DNA from: Eukaryota sp. GEM-RC1
Lineage: Eukaryota
Direction of reading: 5' to 3'
DNA: 64,000 nucleotides
Assembly (NCBI GenBank): GCA_040285855.1
Contig: JAUFOQ010000013.1
Span: 1,488,001-1,552,000 of the forward strand
Part shown: positions 1 through 13,095 of the stretch, piece after piece
Position numbering within the stretch: the stretch's first letter is position 1
Layout: each line of letters opens with the position of its first letter
The notes under the pieces: model-generated
Databases searched by the model: none
Told to the model about the DNA's origin: nothing
What the model saw: only the letters and a program-made list of their open reading frames with translations
Program-made: the position numbers and the translations under genes

Positions 1-112
1 AACAAAATCAAAGAGCAACATCACACATTTTTTCAATAAATACAACAATACTGACGAGCAAGCATCTAAAAGATTTTCAAAGAATCCATCAATGACTCTG
101 TATCAATTACAA

Positions 113-1585
113 CTACGATCGATTTGCTACAATGTAATCTAAAGATCTGTCGAAATTGTTGTACTTTGAATAAATTGACGATACCTCATTCAAATCAAAT
201 CCAACTTTTTTTAAAACCTTTTGTTCTGCAGACAGTACTTCTTCAAATTCTCTAACAACTGGTTGACGGATTGGAACACGGCCGATCCCCCCATCTACAT
301 TGTTATTATCTGAGCGACCACGAGGAACTCTTGGAACAGCTGGATTCTGTCCACTTGGATTTAGACTTCTACTTTCAATTTCACTTACATTTGCGGGTGG
401 GTTAAAGGAAGCTTCAATTGGATGTCCTTTCCTAAGCTTCAACTTGGCTTTAATGAAGTGTTCAGCAGCTGCAGAATTATAGAATAACACTTCAAAGAAC
501 GGTCTAGGATTCATCGTGACCCATTTAAAACTTGATTTATCATACTCATATGTGTTGAGTAGATCCAGTACTTGAGTTTGTTGGTTCCGGTGAGTACAGC
601 TACCATAGACAAAGCGAGGGGTAGTTGTGGGATTCACTGTATTGTAACGAATGGGATTCTGTTGTCGAGGAGGTGTTGCAGGAGCAGTTGTTACCGGGGG
701 TCTCACCGGGGGTGCTGCAGGGGCTGAGGAAGTTAAACTGTTGAGTATATGAAGAGCATTTGATATCGAAGGTCTCTTGTTAGGATCGATGCTTAGTAGC
801 TGACATATTAAACTACTCAGAATTGAAGGTAAGGTTCGTCAGAGCGAAAGACAAAAGGTTCTGTTGATTTTTGTTCTTTCGCCATTCCAATGCACAGATC
901 CTCAAATGGTTTTTGATTACAAAGAGAGCATACAGTATTACTCCAAAACTATAGCAATCAGATGACTTATAGCAACGCTGTGGAGTCATACCAACGATCA
1001 TTTCAGGAGCAGCATAGGCATAGGAAAAGGAAGAGTATCTGTAATCGATGGTTGAGCTTCGTCAGAGTATCGGGCACATCCGAAATCAGTGAGTTTGATG
1101 TCTACTCCTTCTGAACCAGTGAAAACTAAGACATTCTCTGGCTTTAGATCCAAATGCAGAATGTTGGTTTCATGTAGAAAAGACAGTCCATGAGCAATTT
1201 GTATGGCATAGTTTAAGGTAGTAGAATTGTATTTAGAAGGAGTAGGAAGAGTTGTTGAGGCTAGTTGCATGACAATGCCATATCCTTGTTTATCGCCTGT
1301 AAGTTCAATAAAGCCATGAACAACTGCTATTCTGGGATGTCGTAAGGCAGCCATCAAGCTGAATTCTCGTTCCACAATTCTTCTGTGTTGCGATGGACTG
1401 TGTCTAGTCTGTTTAAGGATAACTTTGACCGCAGCATGGCTTCCAGCATATTCTGCTTTGTAGACGGTAGCGAATCCACCAGATCCTGCAGCAGATTCCC
1501 AGATTATAGTGACCTCAGATTCATTGAGCTGAGCAAGACCAGCGGTATTGGGTCTGAATCGTGAAGACTGAGGAGAAGAACTCAT
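113..1585 (-). CDS. Ser/Thr (TKL-like) protein kinase with C-terminal RRM-like and UBA-like segments; three single-base frameshifts in the assembly
   Basis: GSGGFATVY, VK, HLDLKPEN and DFG are in ORF 998-1585. Adding one base in homopolymers near 1025, 912 and 831 restores YAAPE, DCYSFG and ICQLLSIDPNKRPS and reads into ORF 113-706 (VYG..PFFEVLF RRM-like; LKKVGF..NFDRSLDYI UBA-like). Confidence 0.8.
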
Positions 1586-1650
1586 TTTTAATGGAAATTA
1601 TTCTTTATATTTAAACACAGCGACCTGTGTTGGGTCTCTGTAAAATGGCT

Positions 1651-2096
1651 CAGACTAATTATCATTGTTGGAAATTAGTCTCACCTCCAACAAAATTAAT
1701 TGTCATTCATTACGATCAACAGAGTAGGAAAACAGTCGTTCGGTACGTCTGCTTGATATTCTCCCACAACAATCATATTAGGATGGGTATACCAACCAGC
1801 AAGCTGTGCTAGAACAAGCTCATTATTGACACAGCGACGCCCTGACTCAATTTCTTGACTTGTAAACACAAACATCAGCGGAGATTCTATTCATAAGAAA
1901 ATAGAAGCAATACCAACGTGGTTCAGTATTTGTATTCGTTGAATGTTGCTCTATTTTATAGGTATTTTATCACAAAAAGTGAGACTAATTTCCAATCGAG
2001 TTTCAGAAAGTGTTACAATATGGGAATCAGTCTGAGTGAGACCAATTACCATGTGAGACTAATTTCCAATACAGACTAATTACCATGATTAGTGTA
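1651..2096. mobile_element. Degenerate MITE-like element with inverted GAGACTAATT(T/A)CCA repeats
   Basis: ttggaaattagtctca at 1668-1683 is the reverse complement of tgagactaatttccaa at 1980 and 2054. Several more AGACTAATT copies are present. The left end looks truncated. Confidence 0.45.
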
Positions 2097-3487
2097 GTAC
2101 AATCACTGTTAGCCAATTAATCGAGTTAGTATGGATGTCGATGTATTTCCATGTTTTCGTATACTACTTCCATGGTTGAAGACTTAACAGATTTTTGTAG
2201 ACTTTGGTAATTTGCGATCAAATTTGTGAGTGTTTTACAAAGTTCTTATGTTAGTTGTTCCAAACAAACGAAGCTAAGATATGAAGACGAAAAAATTGTA
2301 CTTTATTAACACATTCTTAAATATTATTTTGAAAAAGGAGAACACTTCCATTAGTAAAGCTCATTTTAGAGATTAAATAGTGTTCAATTTTGGAGTACTA
2401 GGTGAAGTTGTTATGTTGCTCAATATTGTTACTATGTGTGGCCTGATTCTAAATACAGTCACAGCTTCCGTTTGTTTATAAATGTTTACAAATATTGAGA
2501 AATATGAAGCTGCTCGGATAAGCCTACTTCCACACGCCTTAGAAATCAGAATGTGCACATTTTATTAATTTTTTGATATGATTCTACCAAACAATATTGG
2601 ATTACAATTTGAAAAGAAAAATTTTATCTCTCAAAGATACAGTCTTCCCTCGGTTTACATAAAAGCTAAAAGCCTAAACAACATTAAATAGTTTTCTATT
2701 CAATTTGATACTTTTAAGATCTAGTTGTAATCATAGTACAACAATCAGAGAACTGTTTTTATTTACAACAATAAGAGTTTATTTGCAACAATAAAATTGA
2801 TATAATTGCAGCAACAATATCAAATCTTACAACATCTTTACCTGTATAAAAACAACTGACAGCTGGTCAAACGTTGCAGATGATCAGGGGAAGGCTTAAA
2901 TTTGCACTGTCACAGTGACTTGAAGAATAACAGACTTTTTGGGCATTGAAAATATGAAACTATTCGGAATATCAATCTTGTAAGAAAACATACATACATG
3001 TACTTAGTACCGAAAACATTGTTCTGTTTCAGATGCCTTATGGAGCTATATGGTGGCGAACTTTTTATCTAATCTGCAGCTCTAAATTATAACGATAAAT
3101 AACTGATTGTCACAGTTCTCGATCTCAATTGCTGCAATTGTGACATTTTTGTTCTGCTGTGCTTTTATAAACATGAAACCTAGGTGAGATTTTCAAAAGC
3201 CACTTCATAAGTAGACAGATAACATGAGAAACAATGGATGGATATAACTCAACTCGACGATCGAAAGAAGTAGATTGATAAAAAATCTAAAGAATGCTTG
3301 TTGGTGGTGGAAAAGGTTTTTTTGATGAAATATGCACTTGTAAATTTCATACCTGCATTATCTCACACAACTCTTCTTCATGTTTTCGAAGAGGTTCAAA
3401 TGATTTATTATGATTGTCAGTATACATTATTCTATTTACTCTTGGGTAACGATATTAAATTGAGGTCATGAATGTCAGTAAGTTTCC

Positions 3488-6402
3488 TCAGAAGTTGAAC
3501 AAAGAGTCTCTACCACAATCCCGAATATGAAGGTTCACAGGGCCTCCATTAGTTTGAAAAGTTAGAGTTCGCCTGACGACACCGCGTGTAGGGATATATT
3601 CTTCTGAAAAATTGCATGTGTAAAGTTTCTCAACTAGGGACGTTTTGCCGACACCTCCATCACCAATCATGACCACCTCAAACTGAAATGAGCAAAAAAT
3701 GGAAAACATACAGCGGGCCCCTCGAAATTTCCAGACTTTGGGGTTTGAGGGAGATAGAAAGAAGGATTCTCCACTCTCTTGGGAAGCATAAATGAATGGT
3801 GGAAAGGTACCGGAAAAAGACTCATCTCACCTGCTAGCGGTTGGAAACCATTGTTAAACAAAGTTGAAGCAATTTTGTCACACTCAAACTGCTGCAATAA
3901 GTCATAAGATTGGACAATGATTTTTGCACAAGCCAAAAAATCTGGAATCGAAAAACACATCCATTGGAGACATGTAAGTTGATTCAGAGTTATTTCTGGA
4001 AAAGTAAATGTGTTCGTGGAATTGTGGAAATGAACAGCACTTTTGTTCATCTCAATATTTGATCTTTTAAGCTCAAATCCAAATGCCAATAGAGACTCTT
4101 TATCTGACACTTCTGTAATTGTGACGGATTTCGGATCGTGTGGAAAACTAGCTAACCTTCCTTTGTATTGATCACTGAAAAGAGTAGTGAACATACAGAC
4201 AATTTTTTAAGAAAGGAAGCAATCCTTCTAGCCGATTGCACAGATGTAACAGCAAACGAGCATTCGCTTTCTGGAAGAAGCACATGTCCAGCTTCTTGAT
4301 TTGATTTCATTGCAAGCAGTGCATCTACCAAAGCAAAAACTCCATTTTCCCGAGTAAACCCAGAGACAACAAAATCACAGCCTTGAATAACACTGACAAT
4401 TCTGGCAACAACACGAGGGTCCTTAGCTGGAATAGTAACGTATTTTTGCATTTCCTCTTTCGTGATTGGTTGATACTGAAATTGTTCGTCACCGTTTGGC
4501 TTAGGCTGATATTTTCTGTGAAACTCCCTGTTGGGTCCACTCCTAGAAATCTGCTCCTTTGCATTCTGCTCCATTTTTGAGCCAATGCCTTTTAAAATCA
4601 ACAACATTTACACGTTCAATATTTGGATTCGTTTCGACTAATCTGAAAAGACTATCAGACGAACCAATTGACAGATCTACGTACAAAATTTTCAAAGATT
4701 TAGCGAATGTTAATGAACTGAAAGCTTTGAAACCAATAAATGTCTTCGACACATTTAAAACTTCCAAACAATTATTAAACCTTAACGACTCCGCAAAAGC
4801 AACAATTCCTTCTGAACCTGGGGTATTCTGTGATACATTTAAATGTTTCAGAGAGTCATTTGCTTTCATAAAATCAGCCAGAGCAACAAATCCAAATGTT
4901 TCAATATGGCTTTGAGTAAAAGATAGCGAAGTGACTGAAGAATTAGACTGCAAAGCGCTTAGAATCGAACTAATGCCCTTATTCCCAAGGTTCAATCGAA
5001 GATCGACGTTTTGGATAGTATTGTTAACTAACAACAAGTCTCCAAGAATATCACCGTAACAGACATCAGTTTTAGACACCACAAACGATTGCAAAGAAAA
5101 AAAAGTCACAGAAGAATTGAACTTGAGAGCGTCAACAAGAGCAGTCATTCCTTCTAATGATAAAGCTCTGGATGTAATATAACCTGAAGATTTGATTGTA
5201 AGAGAAAGACTTTGTAAAGTCTGGGACGCCCTGAGAGCATCAGCGATAGCGAAAGCAGCGTTATTATCTTCAATGTTGGCTGAAATCGTATCAGCTCCGT
5301 TTTTGATTCTGAAAAATGCTTCTTGGATTCCAGTTGGTAAAATATTAGAATCGAACGGATAAGAAGAAGCCTTTTGAGCTTTTGGCTTTGAAGCAACAAA
5401 ACGAGGACTATTGTTTAAAATCTTAAGTTGTTCAAGTTCAACGTTTAATTGATTCAGGCTTGCGTTTTTACTGTTCAACTGATTCTGAAGTTCTTCTTTT
5501 CAAAACTGAGTTGTTCTATACGTACTTTGAAACGATTCAACTGGTCGCTATCTGAAGTACGGTATTTCGGTATTTCAGGGATTTTCTGAAAAGGACATGG
5601 CTGTTGAACTAGAGAGTTATTTAGAGTTTCATTGGAGTTTACATTCAAGGATTTCAAAAACGTGAGTAGTTCATCTATACTTGGTCTAGATTCAGGATTA
5701 ATACTACAGCATCTTGTTATGATCTCTTGAAGTTCTTTTGGCACATTGTTAAAGGGAAGATGAGTGTTGTTCATTTTAGCTCCAAACATTGCAATGGGAT
5801 CTAGATCTTCAAAGGCGATTCGGTTTGTCAAAAGTTCATAGAAGATTATACCAAGAGAGTAGACGTCAGATGCAGGAAACAACTTGTTGGAGAAGGCTTC
5901 AGGTGGTGCATATTTAGGAGTTATTGCCGTAGTAGAAGGCTTAATGGTGGTTTTAGCGATGGTTTTAGAAGTTCCAAAGTCAGCTATCCGGATCGACTTA
6001 TTGAGTAGTAGTATGTTTCCAGGTTTAAGATCTCCATGGATCACACCCTGAGAATGAAGAAATGAGACAGCATGGCAGATTTCGATAGCGTAGTTGACGT
6101 TTTGTTGAGATAAGACAGAAGGAGTGAGGAGACTGTGATCAGCTCTTTCCATTACGATCGCAACTTTATCATTGATATCACACAGTCCGAATACTCTCAA
6201 GATGTTAGGATGCGCTAGCTTCATGAGGAACGATAGTTCCTTCTTCAGCATTAGTACTCCGTCATCAGTGAGCGAGACAGTTTTGACAGCAACAGGAGCA
6301 CCAAACCATTTGCCTTCATAGACAGTAGCGAAACCTCCCTTCCCAATATTCTGTCCATTGAAATCAACAACAAGTTGTTCTTGTGATTGAATCGAGAGAT
6401 TC
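3488..6402 (-). CDS. Multidomain protein: kinase, coiled coil, RI-like LRRs, then a truncated Ran-like GTPase domain (5' end uncertain)
   Basis: Kinase: IGKGGFATVY, HGDLKPGN, DFG, YAPPE. One missing A near 5498 joins it to LRR ORF 4543-5478. A 29-nt GTATGT..CAG intron (3711-3683) joins GPA to FEVVMIGDGGVGKT..YIPT in frame. Junctions near 4590 and 4190 are unresolved. Confidence 0.65.
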
Positions 6403-7181
6403 CTGATAAGAAGAATGCTTCATATAAGCTTACTGAAATCAGTAAAATGTACTAGTATAAGTCTCTTCCTGAAATTCGAAAAACAAACAGACAAGTTCAA
6501 ATGATTCATACTTTAGAGATCAAATAGCTTTCAACAGTGTAATAGTATGTTGATTCATTTCTCAATAATCATGTACACTCAGTAGTTCGTCCTGATTCTC
6601 AGCTGAAGCCGTGTAAGGCTTGAATGAGAAAAGAATGGTACACTATATACTGAAATAAAAGCAGTGTTGAACACACTTTTGATAACTGCAATTTGTACAA
6701 TTCTGTCCTCTTTGTACAATCTCCAACATCTTTACATGCCTACATAAATGTCTTAATAGTTTAGAATCCGACCAAAAATGACTGTTTCACAATTGGCGAA
6801 TCCTCGCCAATAAAGTTCTCTTAATTCCTTACAATCATTTTTCAAAAGGTGGAAAACTGATGTTCAAAACTGCCAAGAAGTTCGCACAGTGACCTGACGA
6901 AATTGAACGTATTGTGTTCATGACATTTCATCCGTTGTTTCGATCTACATGTTTTATTCTTCACTTCAAGACACAAACATTTCAGATGTTTTCGAATGGT
7001 AAAATTATCCACGATTGACACATGATTGTTCATTCAAAATATTTGAAAATGGATCTCCACCTGGTAAAAACATGAAATATAGATTAGGTCAGTATATCAG
7101 CTCAGATCATTAGTTATCAGATTTCGATATTAATTAATTGACTGTTTAACAAATCTACAATGCATTTATTACACTTTCCAA

Positions 7182-8093
7182 TCACGTAATCACGTATAAT
7201 TGATTCTTTCCACTAACAGTGACAAAAGTCTTGCCCTTATAACAAGCTACACCTGCCGGAAGTGCATTTTCAAACGCATTTTTCTCCAATAACTGAAAAT
7301 CTGAAAAATCTAGAAAAACTCTAAATTTGTAAACAAACGTATCTTCACATCCCACTGCTACCTGATAAAAGCCCTCTAACTTCTCTATACATACCCCAGT
7401 CACAGCCTTGGGCAGAGCAAGAGTGATCAGCAGTTCGTGACTGACAGCAGAAACAACAGTGACAGTACCATTGCCATGGCCTACACAAACTAAATTCCCA
7501 AATCCCCGTAAGAACAATGGATCATCTCCTATGGATAAACTGGAGGAGCCTAGCACATTGCAGTTGGGAGAGACAGAGTAGAAGTAGAGGAAGCCAGTAT
7601 CAGAGAGGACGGTTAAGATGGAATCGTAGTAGAAGACACCGATGATAGGGCGAACTCTATCCTTTTGTTTAGGAAGGACAACTAGACGAGAGGAGGAAGT
7701 TGGGGAAGAGAGATCTGATAAAGAGAAGGAGAAGAGATGGACTTCACCGAGAGTGTTGGAGACGAAGACATTGCATTTAGAAACAGTTGAGTGGAATGAA
7801 GCGGCAGTGGGATGTACCGATGGACCAAACTTATGTTCAAAAACGATTACCCTGCTTGTGATTGAGTATAATTTAAAGGAATTTAGTTCGAAAAGAAGAG
7901 CTAGGTTGCAGCCAAGTTCAATTCTATGGAAGTGACCTTGAATGGAGAGAAAATGAGGGGGATCGGGATGAGCAACGTTTTCAAGTATGGTGGCTCCATC
8001 GGAAGAACAAAACCCCAGTAGATTGTCATAAAGAGAGAGATTACAAGGTCCATATAATGAAGGATTGGTACATTTGATGCTAGAGATGGGCAT
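7182..8093 (-). CDS. Hypothetical protein, probable WD40-like beta-propeller
   Basis: Uninterrupted ORF of about 303 aa from ATG 8093, with repeated beta-blade-like motifs (VSNTLGEVHLF, LSDTGFLYFY, VGHGNGTVTVV, VGCEDTFVYKF). Confidence 0.55.
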   Translation of the reverse strand: MPISSIKCTNPSLYGPCNLSLYDNLLGFCSSDGATILENVAHPDPPHFLSIQGHFHRIELGCNLALLFELNSFKLYSITSRVIVFEHKFGPSVHPTAASFHSTVSKCNVFVSNTLGEVHLFSFSLSDLSSPTSSSRLVVLPKQKDRVRPIIGVFYYDSILTVLSDTGFLYFYSVSPNCNVLGSSSLSIGDDPLFLRGFGNLVCVGHGNGTVTVVSAVSHELLITLALPKAVTGVCIEKLEGFYQVAVGCEDTFVYKFRVFLDFSDFQLLEKNAFENALPAGVACYKGKTFVTVSGKNQLYVIT

Positions 8094-9714
8094 AACGTTT
8101 GCAGTTGACAGAATTGGAATTCTTCTCAAAGCTTAACTGAAGATAGTAGAACATGCCCTTCCTCCTGCTCTTTCAGTTCTTCTTTCGTAATCTTCTGGGA
8201 TATTCTGCATGTAAGTGAGATTAAAAGCATCAACCATGGGTCGTCCTTCTTGGTCCATATCACGTGTTAGCTTTCAGTACTTGTCTGAACTCGTTTCATC
8301 GTCATCATCATCTTTTATAAATCGATATGGATAATTCCTGTCGTCAGTTACAGTAGAATAGACAGGTATGATTTCCTTCTCTTGAAGAAACTTCAACTGT
8401 TTTACTGAGGATCCTTTCGCCAAATTAATACTATCTACAGTAATAACATTTGTTACTTCATTCTAAGCTTAGTTACCACCTTTTGAAGGCAATCATCCAC
8501 ACTCTTAAGAAAAAAAGTCAAGATTTGGTCCTGTCCCTACTTCATTTTTTTAATTAAATTAGAAGATTAAATTAATTTAACTAACAACGATATTTAGAAG
8601 GCTCGTGTATATCAATAAGTTTCTGATTATGATATTGTTTTTGACGCTAACATATTCAATGTCATCTTATCTTAAACAAGAAATCAACAGGTATCTATCT
8701 ATTCAGATATCCAACCCTTCTATCACCGCTTGAAAGCTCGCTACTTCTGATATACCATGAGTTCACCCTTTTGAAAGAAGTTACCTTTACCACTGAGAGT
8801 ATTATCCTTTTAACTATTTGAATTTGTAATGATGGAAGCAATTTTCATCATATGTTGAAAAACGTATGTTTTTCTTACCTTTGTTAGTCAAATTTTCAAT
8901 TTTTGCAGTCGATCAGAATTATTAAGAAATGATTTAAAAGCATTGATTTAGACTAAGTAAACGAAATTGGATCTTAAAATACCTTACTTAAATACATGCG
9001 CGTTGGGTACGTTGTGAGCAGCATCTCTTGGTGTAAGTTAGAATTAAAGATAGTAAAGATGTTTTTGGTTCTTAGAGTCTAACTTGTCGAGTTGCTGAGA
9101 TTAGTTCATCAATTAGGACACACCGTCCATCTAACGTCCATCGAGCCAAGCATTCCAGTCGGTAATTGAAGCAGCATCAATGAGAACTGGCAACATCATA
9201 CACCGGTCGTACCATGTTTCAAATTTGCCATTTTTGGACAACTGTAGGTTTTAAAGTAGCCCAGAGCAAATGGCAGCTGCAAAATTCAAGTGATAGATGT
9301 TCTGCTTCTTGATGGTTCTCACTATGAGCATGCCACGTGGCATCTTTGGTGGTGTTCTAGAGACACCACCAGTGTACTAACATTAGTCTGTAAATGCCTT
9401 CGTAATGTTGTTTCTCACCTCTTCTCGGGTTAGTTCACAATATCTGAAAGTGAAGAAGAACTTGAAACAGGTCCTTCTCAATAATGGAACCACTTGATGA
9501 CTTGCTCAGAACTCACGGTTCGGCTACTTCAAGATTTACTAAAATCATTTAATGTTTTTGTTTACCGGTTATATGGACTTTTGAATTGTTGTGAAAGTAA
9601 AATAACACACCGTTATTAAGATCTTATTGAGATCTTTGTAGAGTAAGTTATGGAACAAAACGATCCTAACACATTGATTTGTTTATTACATCGTGTCAAT
9701 TACTTATGTCATTT

Positions 9715-10293
9715 TCACTTATATTCCTGACGTTTCTTAGGTATTACATTATCAATCTGTGAAACAGTAGATAGTGGTTTGAAAGGAATGGGATGATGAC
9801 AAGTGAAGTCATGATGTGAAGAATATGAGATATGTTTCTGAGTTTTTGTGTGGTTCAAGATAGGCGTCTTGAAAGAATTTTGGTAACATAAGGTCATGTT
9901 CAATTGGTTAAAATAAGTTAATTCATCTGGGTGTTCATCAGGGTCTGAAAAAGTAGTTTCCAAAAAGTAAGTTTTGGACTTGAAATCTTGGCTTTCAGTG
10001 TATTTGACTTCAGCAAACGAGTTTTTGAATGCTTTGGTAAACATGATATTAGATTTGCTGCGGGTTATGCTGCGTCTGTTGTCGGAAGTGGGGCGAGGGT
10101 TTCTTGGGTTCTGATAAGGCCTCCGTTTGTTTACTTTTGAGGTACGGCAAGCTTGATCACGACATGCTTCAATCGAGTGACCCTCTGTTATGCAAAAGTT
10201 GCAAAAGTGGCGGGATAGAGGTTCAGAAGAATGGTGTTTACTAACATTAATGTTTAACATAACAGTAATAGTAACATAATGTTTTGTAAACAA
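9715..10293 (-). mobile_element. Gag-like CCHC zinc-knuckle remnant (retrotransposon-derived)
   Basis: CNFCITEGHSIEAC matches CX2CX4HX4C and is followed by a basic stretch. No pol ORF is visible. Confidence 0.5.
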
Positions 10294-10687
10294 GTTCCTG
10301 TAACTGAAAATATTCTATTAAAATGAAAATAAAATATAGCAAAATAATAATCAGTTCAGAGTGAACCGAACTACTTAACATTCCTAGCTTCATACTTGAG
10401 AAGGATAAATAAGAAGTGGCTTTTGTCACTTTTTGCAGCAATCGTATTTATGTTATGAAGATTGAGTACGAGAAAATGTAAGTTGATTCAATCCATTGGA
10501 TTAGTATCTACTTTGTTAATATTGAAAGTGTTTTCTATTTGAAATTGAAAGTAAGAGGGGGTTCTTGATATGAACTCAAAATCTAAAGTTCGTTCTTTCA
10601 CAGAAGTGGACCAGTTATTGCAGGAATAATTGTAATTGTAGTCATTGCAATAATCGTGGTTCAAAGTTTGAACTCCTCTATTAATAG

Positions 10688-11299
10688 TAGGACTGTGCAG
10701 GTTCGAGTTTAGGTTTCAAACCAAACCTTTTTACTAAACCTAGCTGAACCTTTTTTAATAAAACCAAACCAAACCTAAACCCTTTTCAATAAAACCAAAC
10801 CTGAACCTTTAGCCTCAGAACTGTAGGAAAATGAAACACATTTAATTTCAATAACCCTTATGAACGATCTTAACACTTCTAGCGACGCTTCTTCTCGCTA
10901 TCCAAGCAACTTTTGTTTGTTGCGTACATGTTTTGTTTTGTCTTCTGCTGGACGCACAGTTACAGAATATAGAGCTTCTCTGTATGACGAAAGTATACAA
11001 GTGCTTGTCAGTCTTAAGGATTGGAGACGATTTTTCGAAAATGAAAAGTGCCACCACTAGTAGTTGTTTGTGATACTCGAGCATTAATAATAAAGCGTAT
11101 CTAGTACTACAGTAAGAACAACAATGTTTTGACAGTGTTCCACTAACCTACAGTGTATTTTTAGTTCATACTATATATCGGGTTTACTAGGTTTGAACCG
11201 AATCCTTTTTTTACTAAACCTAGCTGAACCTAAACCGAAAACTTAAAAACCTAGCGAAACCTAAACCCATTTTTGGAAAACCAAACCTGCACAGTCCTA
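10688..11299. mobile_element. Non-autonomous hAT element
   Basis: 16-bp TIR TAGGACTGTGCAGGTT / AACCTGCACAGTCCTA; 8-bp TSD attaatag / attaattg; AAACC subterminal repeats at both ends. Confidence 0.85.
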
Positions 11300-11363
11300 A
11301 TTAATTGCTGTAACGGAATTTATGTTACACTTCCACCAAAACATTTGAATTGTTGGTTTCCTT

Positions 11364-13011
11364 ATGCTGACCAAAACCAAAGCAGTTCGTTTCTTCAACT
11401 TAAGAGGACTTACTCTAAGACCTCCCGCTTGGACTAAGCTGTCTGAAATCATCAAATCAGATCCCACTGTTACTGTTGATGACCTTCTTAACACCTTAAC
11501 CAACTATTGCAAAGAAAAGGGAGAAACCTTCATTACCCCAGATTCTGTCCTCGAGGCTTTCCTTCAGTCTAACCAACTTGAGACAGATTCTTCTTCTTCA
11601 ATTCTATCTGACAATGACCTATTTTCCTTGATTTCCACTGAATCTCCCTTCTCTTCATCCTTCCTAACATGCAACCAATCATCCTTCTCATTCGTTTCTC
11701 CTTCTCCTACTCTTATTTCCCCTTCTTCCTCATTCCGTTCCCGCTTCGTTGAACACTACTACATGCATCTAAAGTCTCTTGATTTCCTTGGTTACAACAC
11801 ACCGTACAACACTATTCAAGGTCAATTCTCCTCCACTGTCACTCCCATCTCTTCCCTCGGAACTTCCTCTTCTACTGTCATTGCCTTTGGTCTCTTAGTT
11901 CTCACTGATGACTCCAAAGTCTCAATGGCAACTGGAAGATCTTTCAAAATCTGTTGACGTGACACTTTCCGAATCTGCTGAAGTGACAGTCAATGAATCA
12001 CGTGGATTTTTATCTGATTGTTGTTGGGTTTTAGCTCATGGTACTTACTCTGAGCAACAATCCGAATTCCAGGTTGATTCCGTATCTCTAATACCGCCTC
12101 TTTCTAGGTCAAAAATCACTGCTGCGCTGGCAAGAAGTCAACGGAAGTCTTTGCTGCCTTCGTATCAGAATGTGACTGATGCTCAGTTTGTACAGTTAAC
12201 TACTAAGTATCTTGAAGATGATCTACTAAGTGATTGGCCAATGTACGTGTTTTCAGACGTGTTTTTGGACAATGATGATATAGTTAATAGTATTTTATCG
12301 GTCTTTTCGACATTGAACGAAAATATTCAAAATAATTCAAATTTTCGACCTCCGATTGCTATAGTTATGATGGGTAATTTCTCTAATTCTACAAATGATA
12401 AGAATGCGGCAGATTTAATAGTTGTCAGAAAGAGACTTTTGGTGAGTTTCTTTGTTAACTTTTTAACTCAGATTTCTACATTTGAATATTTAATTAAAAG
12501 AACAAAATTCATTTTTGTTTCGGGTCCACAAGATCCCGTGCCGAATTTAACCCCTCGACCTGAATTATTTCCAAATTTATCACATTTCAGCCAATTTTCG
12601 AATATTCAGCTACAATTCGAAAAATCTCCTTTCAGAATGAAATTTTTAGATCGTGAAATTGTTTTTTCTCGTGATGATTTATCTTTATTTTTGTCACAAG
12701 TTTGTTTCTCTGCTACCAATCCAAATTATTCCCTAAGTCAACATCTATCTTGGACAATTGCTTCGCAAAAGACTTTAAGTCCGTATTCTCCATTAAAAAA
12801 AGTCTATGGTGTGGTGTCAAGATTGTATTACTAGACTGTTTCCATTGCCAAATATTTGTATTTTGGGAGATAATTTTGCAGGGAATTTTGTCGAAGAAGT
12901 TGAGGATTGTATTTTTGGAAATATTGGTGGTTTTGAAAAGAATATAATTTTTTGAGTGTTTTTCCATTTGATCGCAATGGAAGAATCGAAATAAATATAG
13001 CACAATCTTGA
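11364..13011 (+). CDS. POLE2: DNA polymerase epsilon subunit B (DPB2/POLE2); frameshifted in the assembly
   Basis: FGLL..WQLEDL, VFSDVFLD, VMMGNF, FIFVSGPQD and REIVFSRDD. After homopolymer indels near 11917, 12797 and 12937 the frame gives VWCQDCITRLFPLPNICILGD. Confidence 0.85.
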
Positions 13012-13095
13012 CAATTTCAAATTTTTAAAATTAAGAATTCTATCAACTATGTTTTAAAACTTGTGATTAAATGATAACAAACAAGATTCACAATA

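Noticed and set aside
6403..6510. Possible upstream kinase exons with an in-frame TGA at 6441-6439
   Set aside because: The exon structure is ambiguous and homopolymer errors are common, so it cannot be supported.
8133..8460. Minus-strand frame with an in-frame TGA and a DEAD-box motif V/VI-like ending (TRDMD..PEDYERRTERAG)
   Set aside because: The motifs are degenerate and there is no helicase core. It is more likely a decayed fragment than evidence of recoding.
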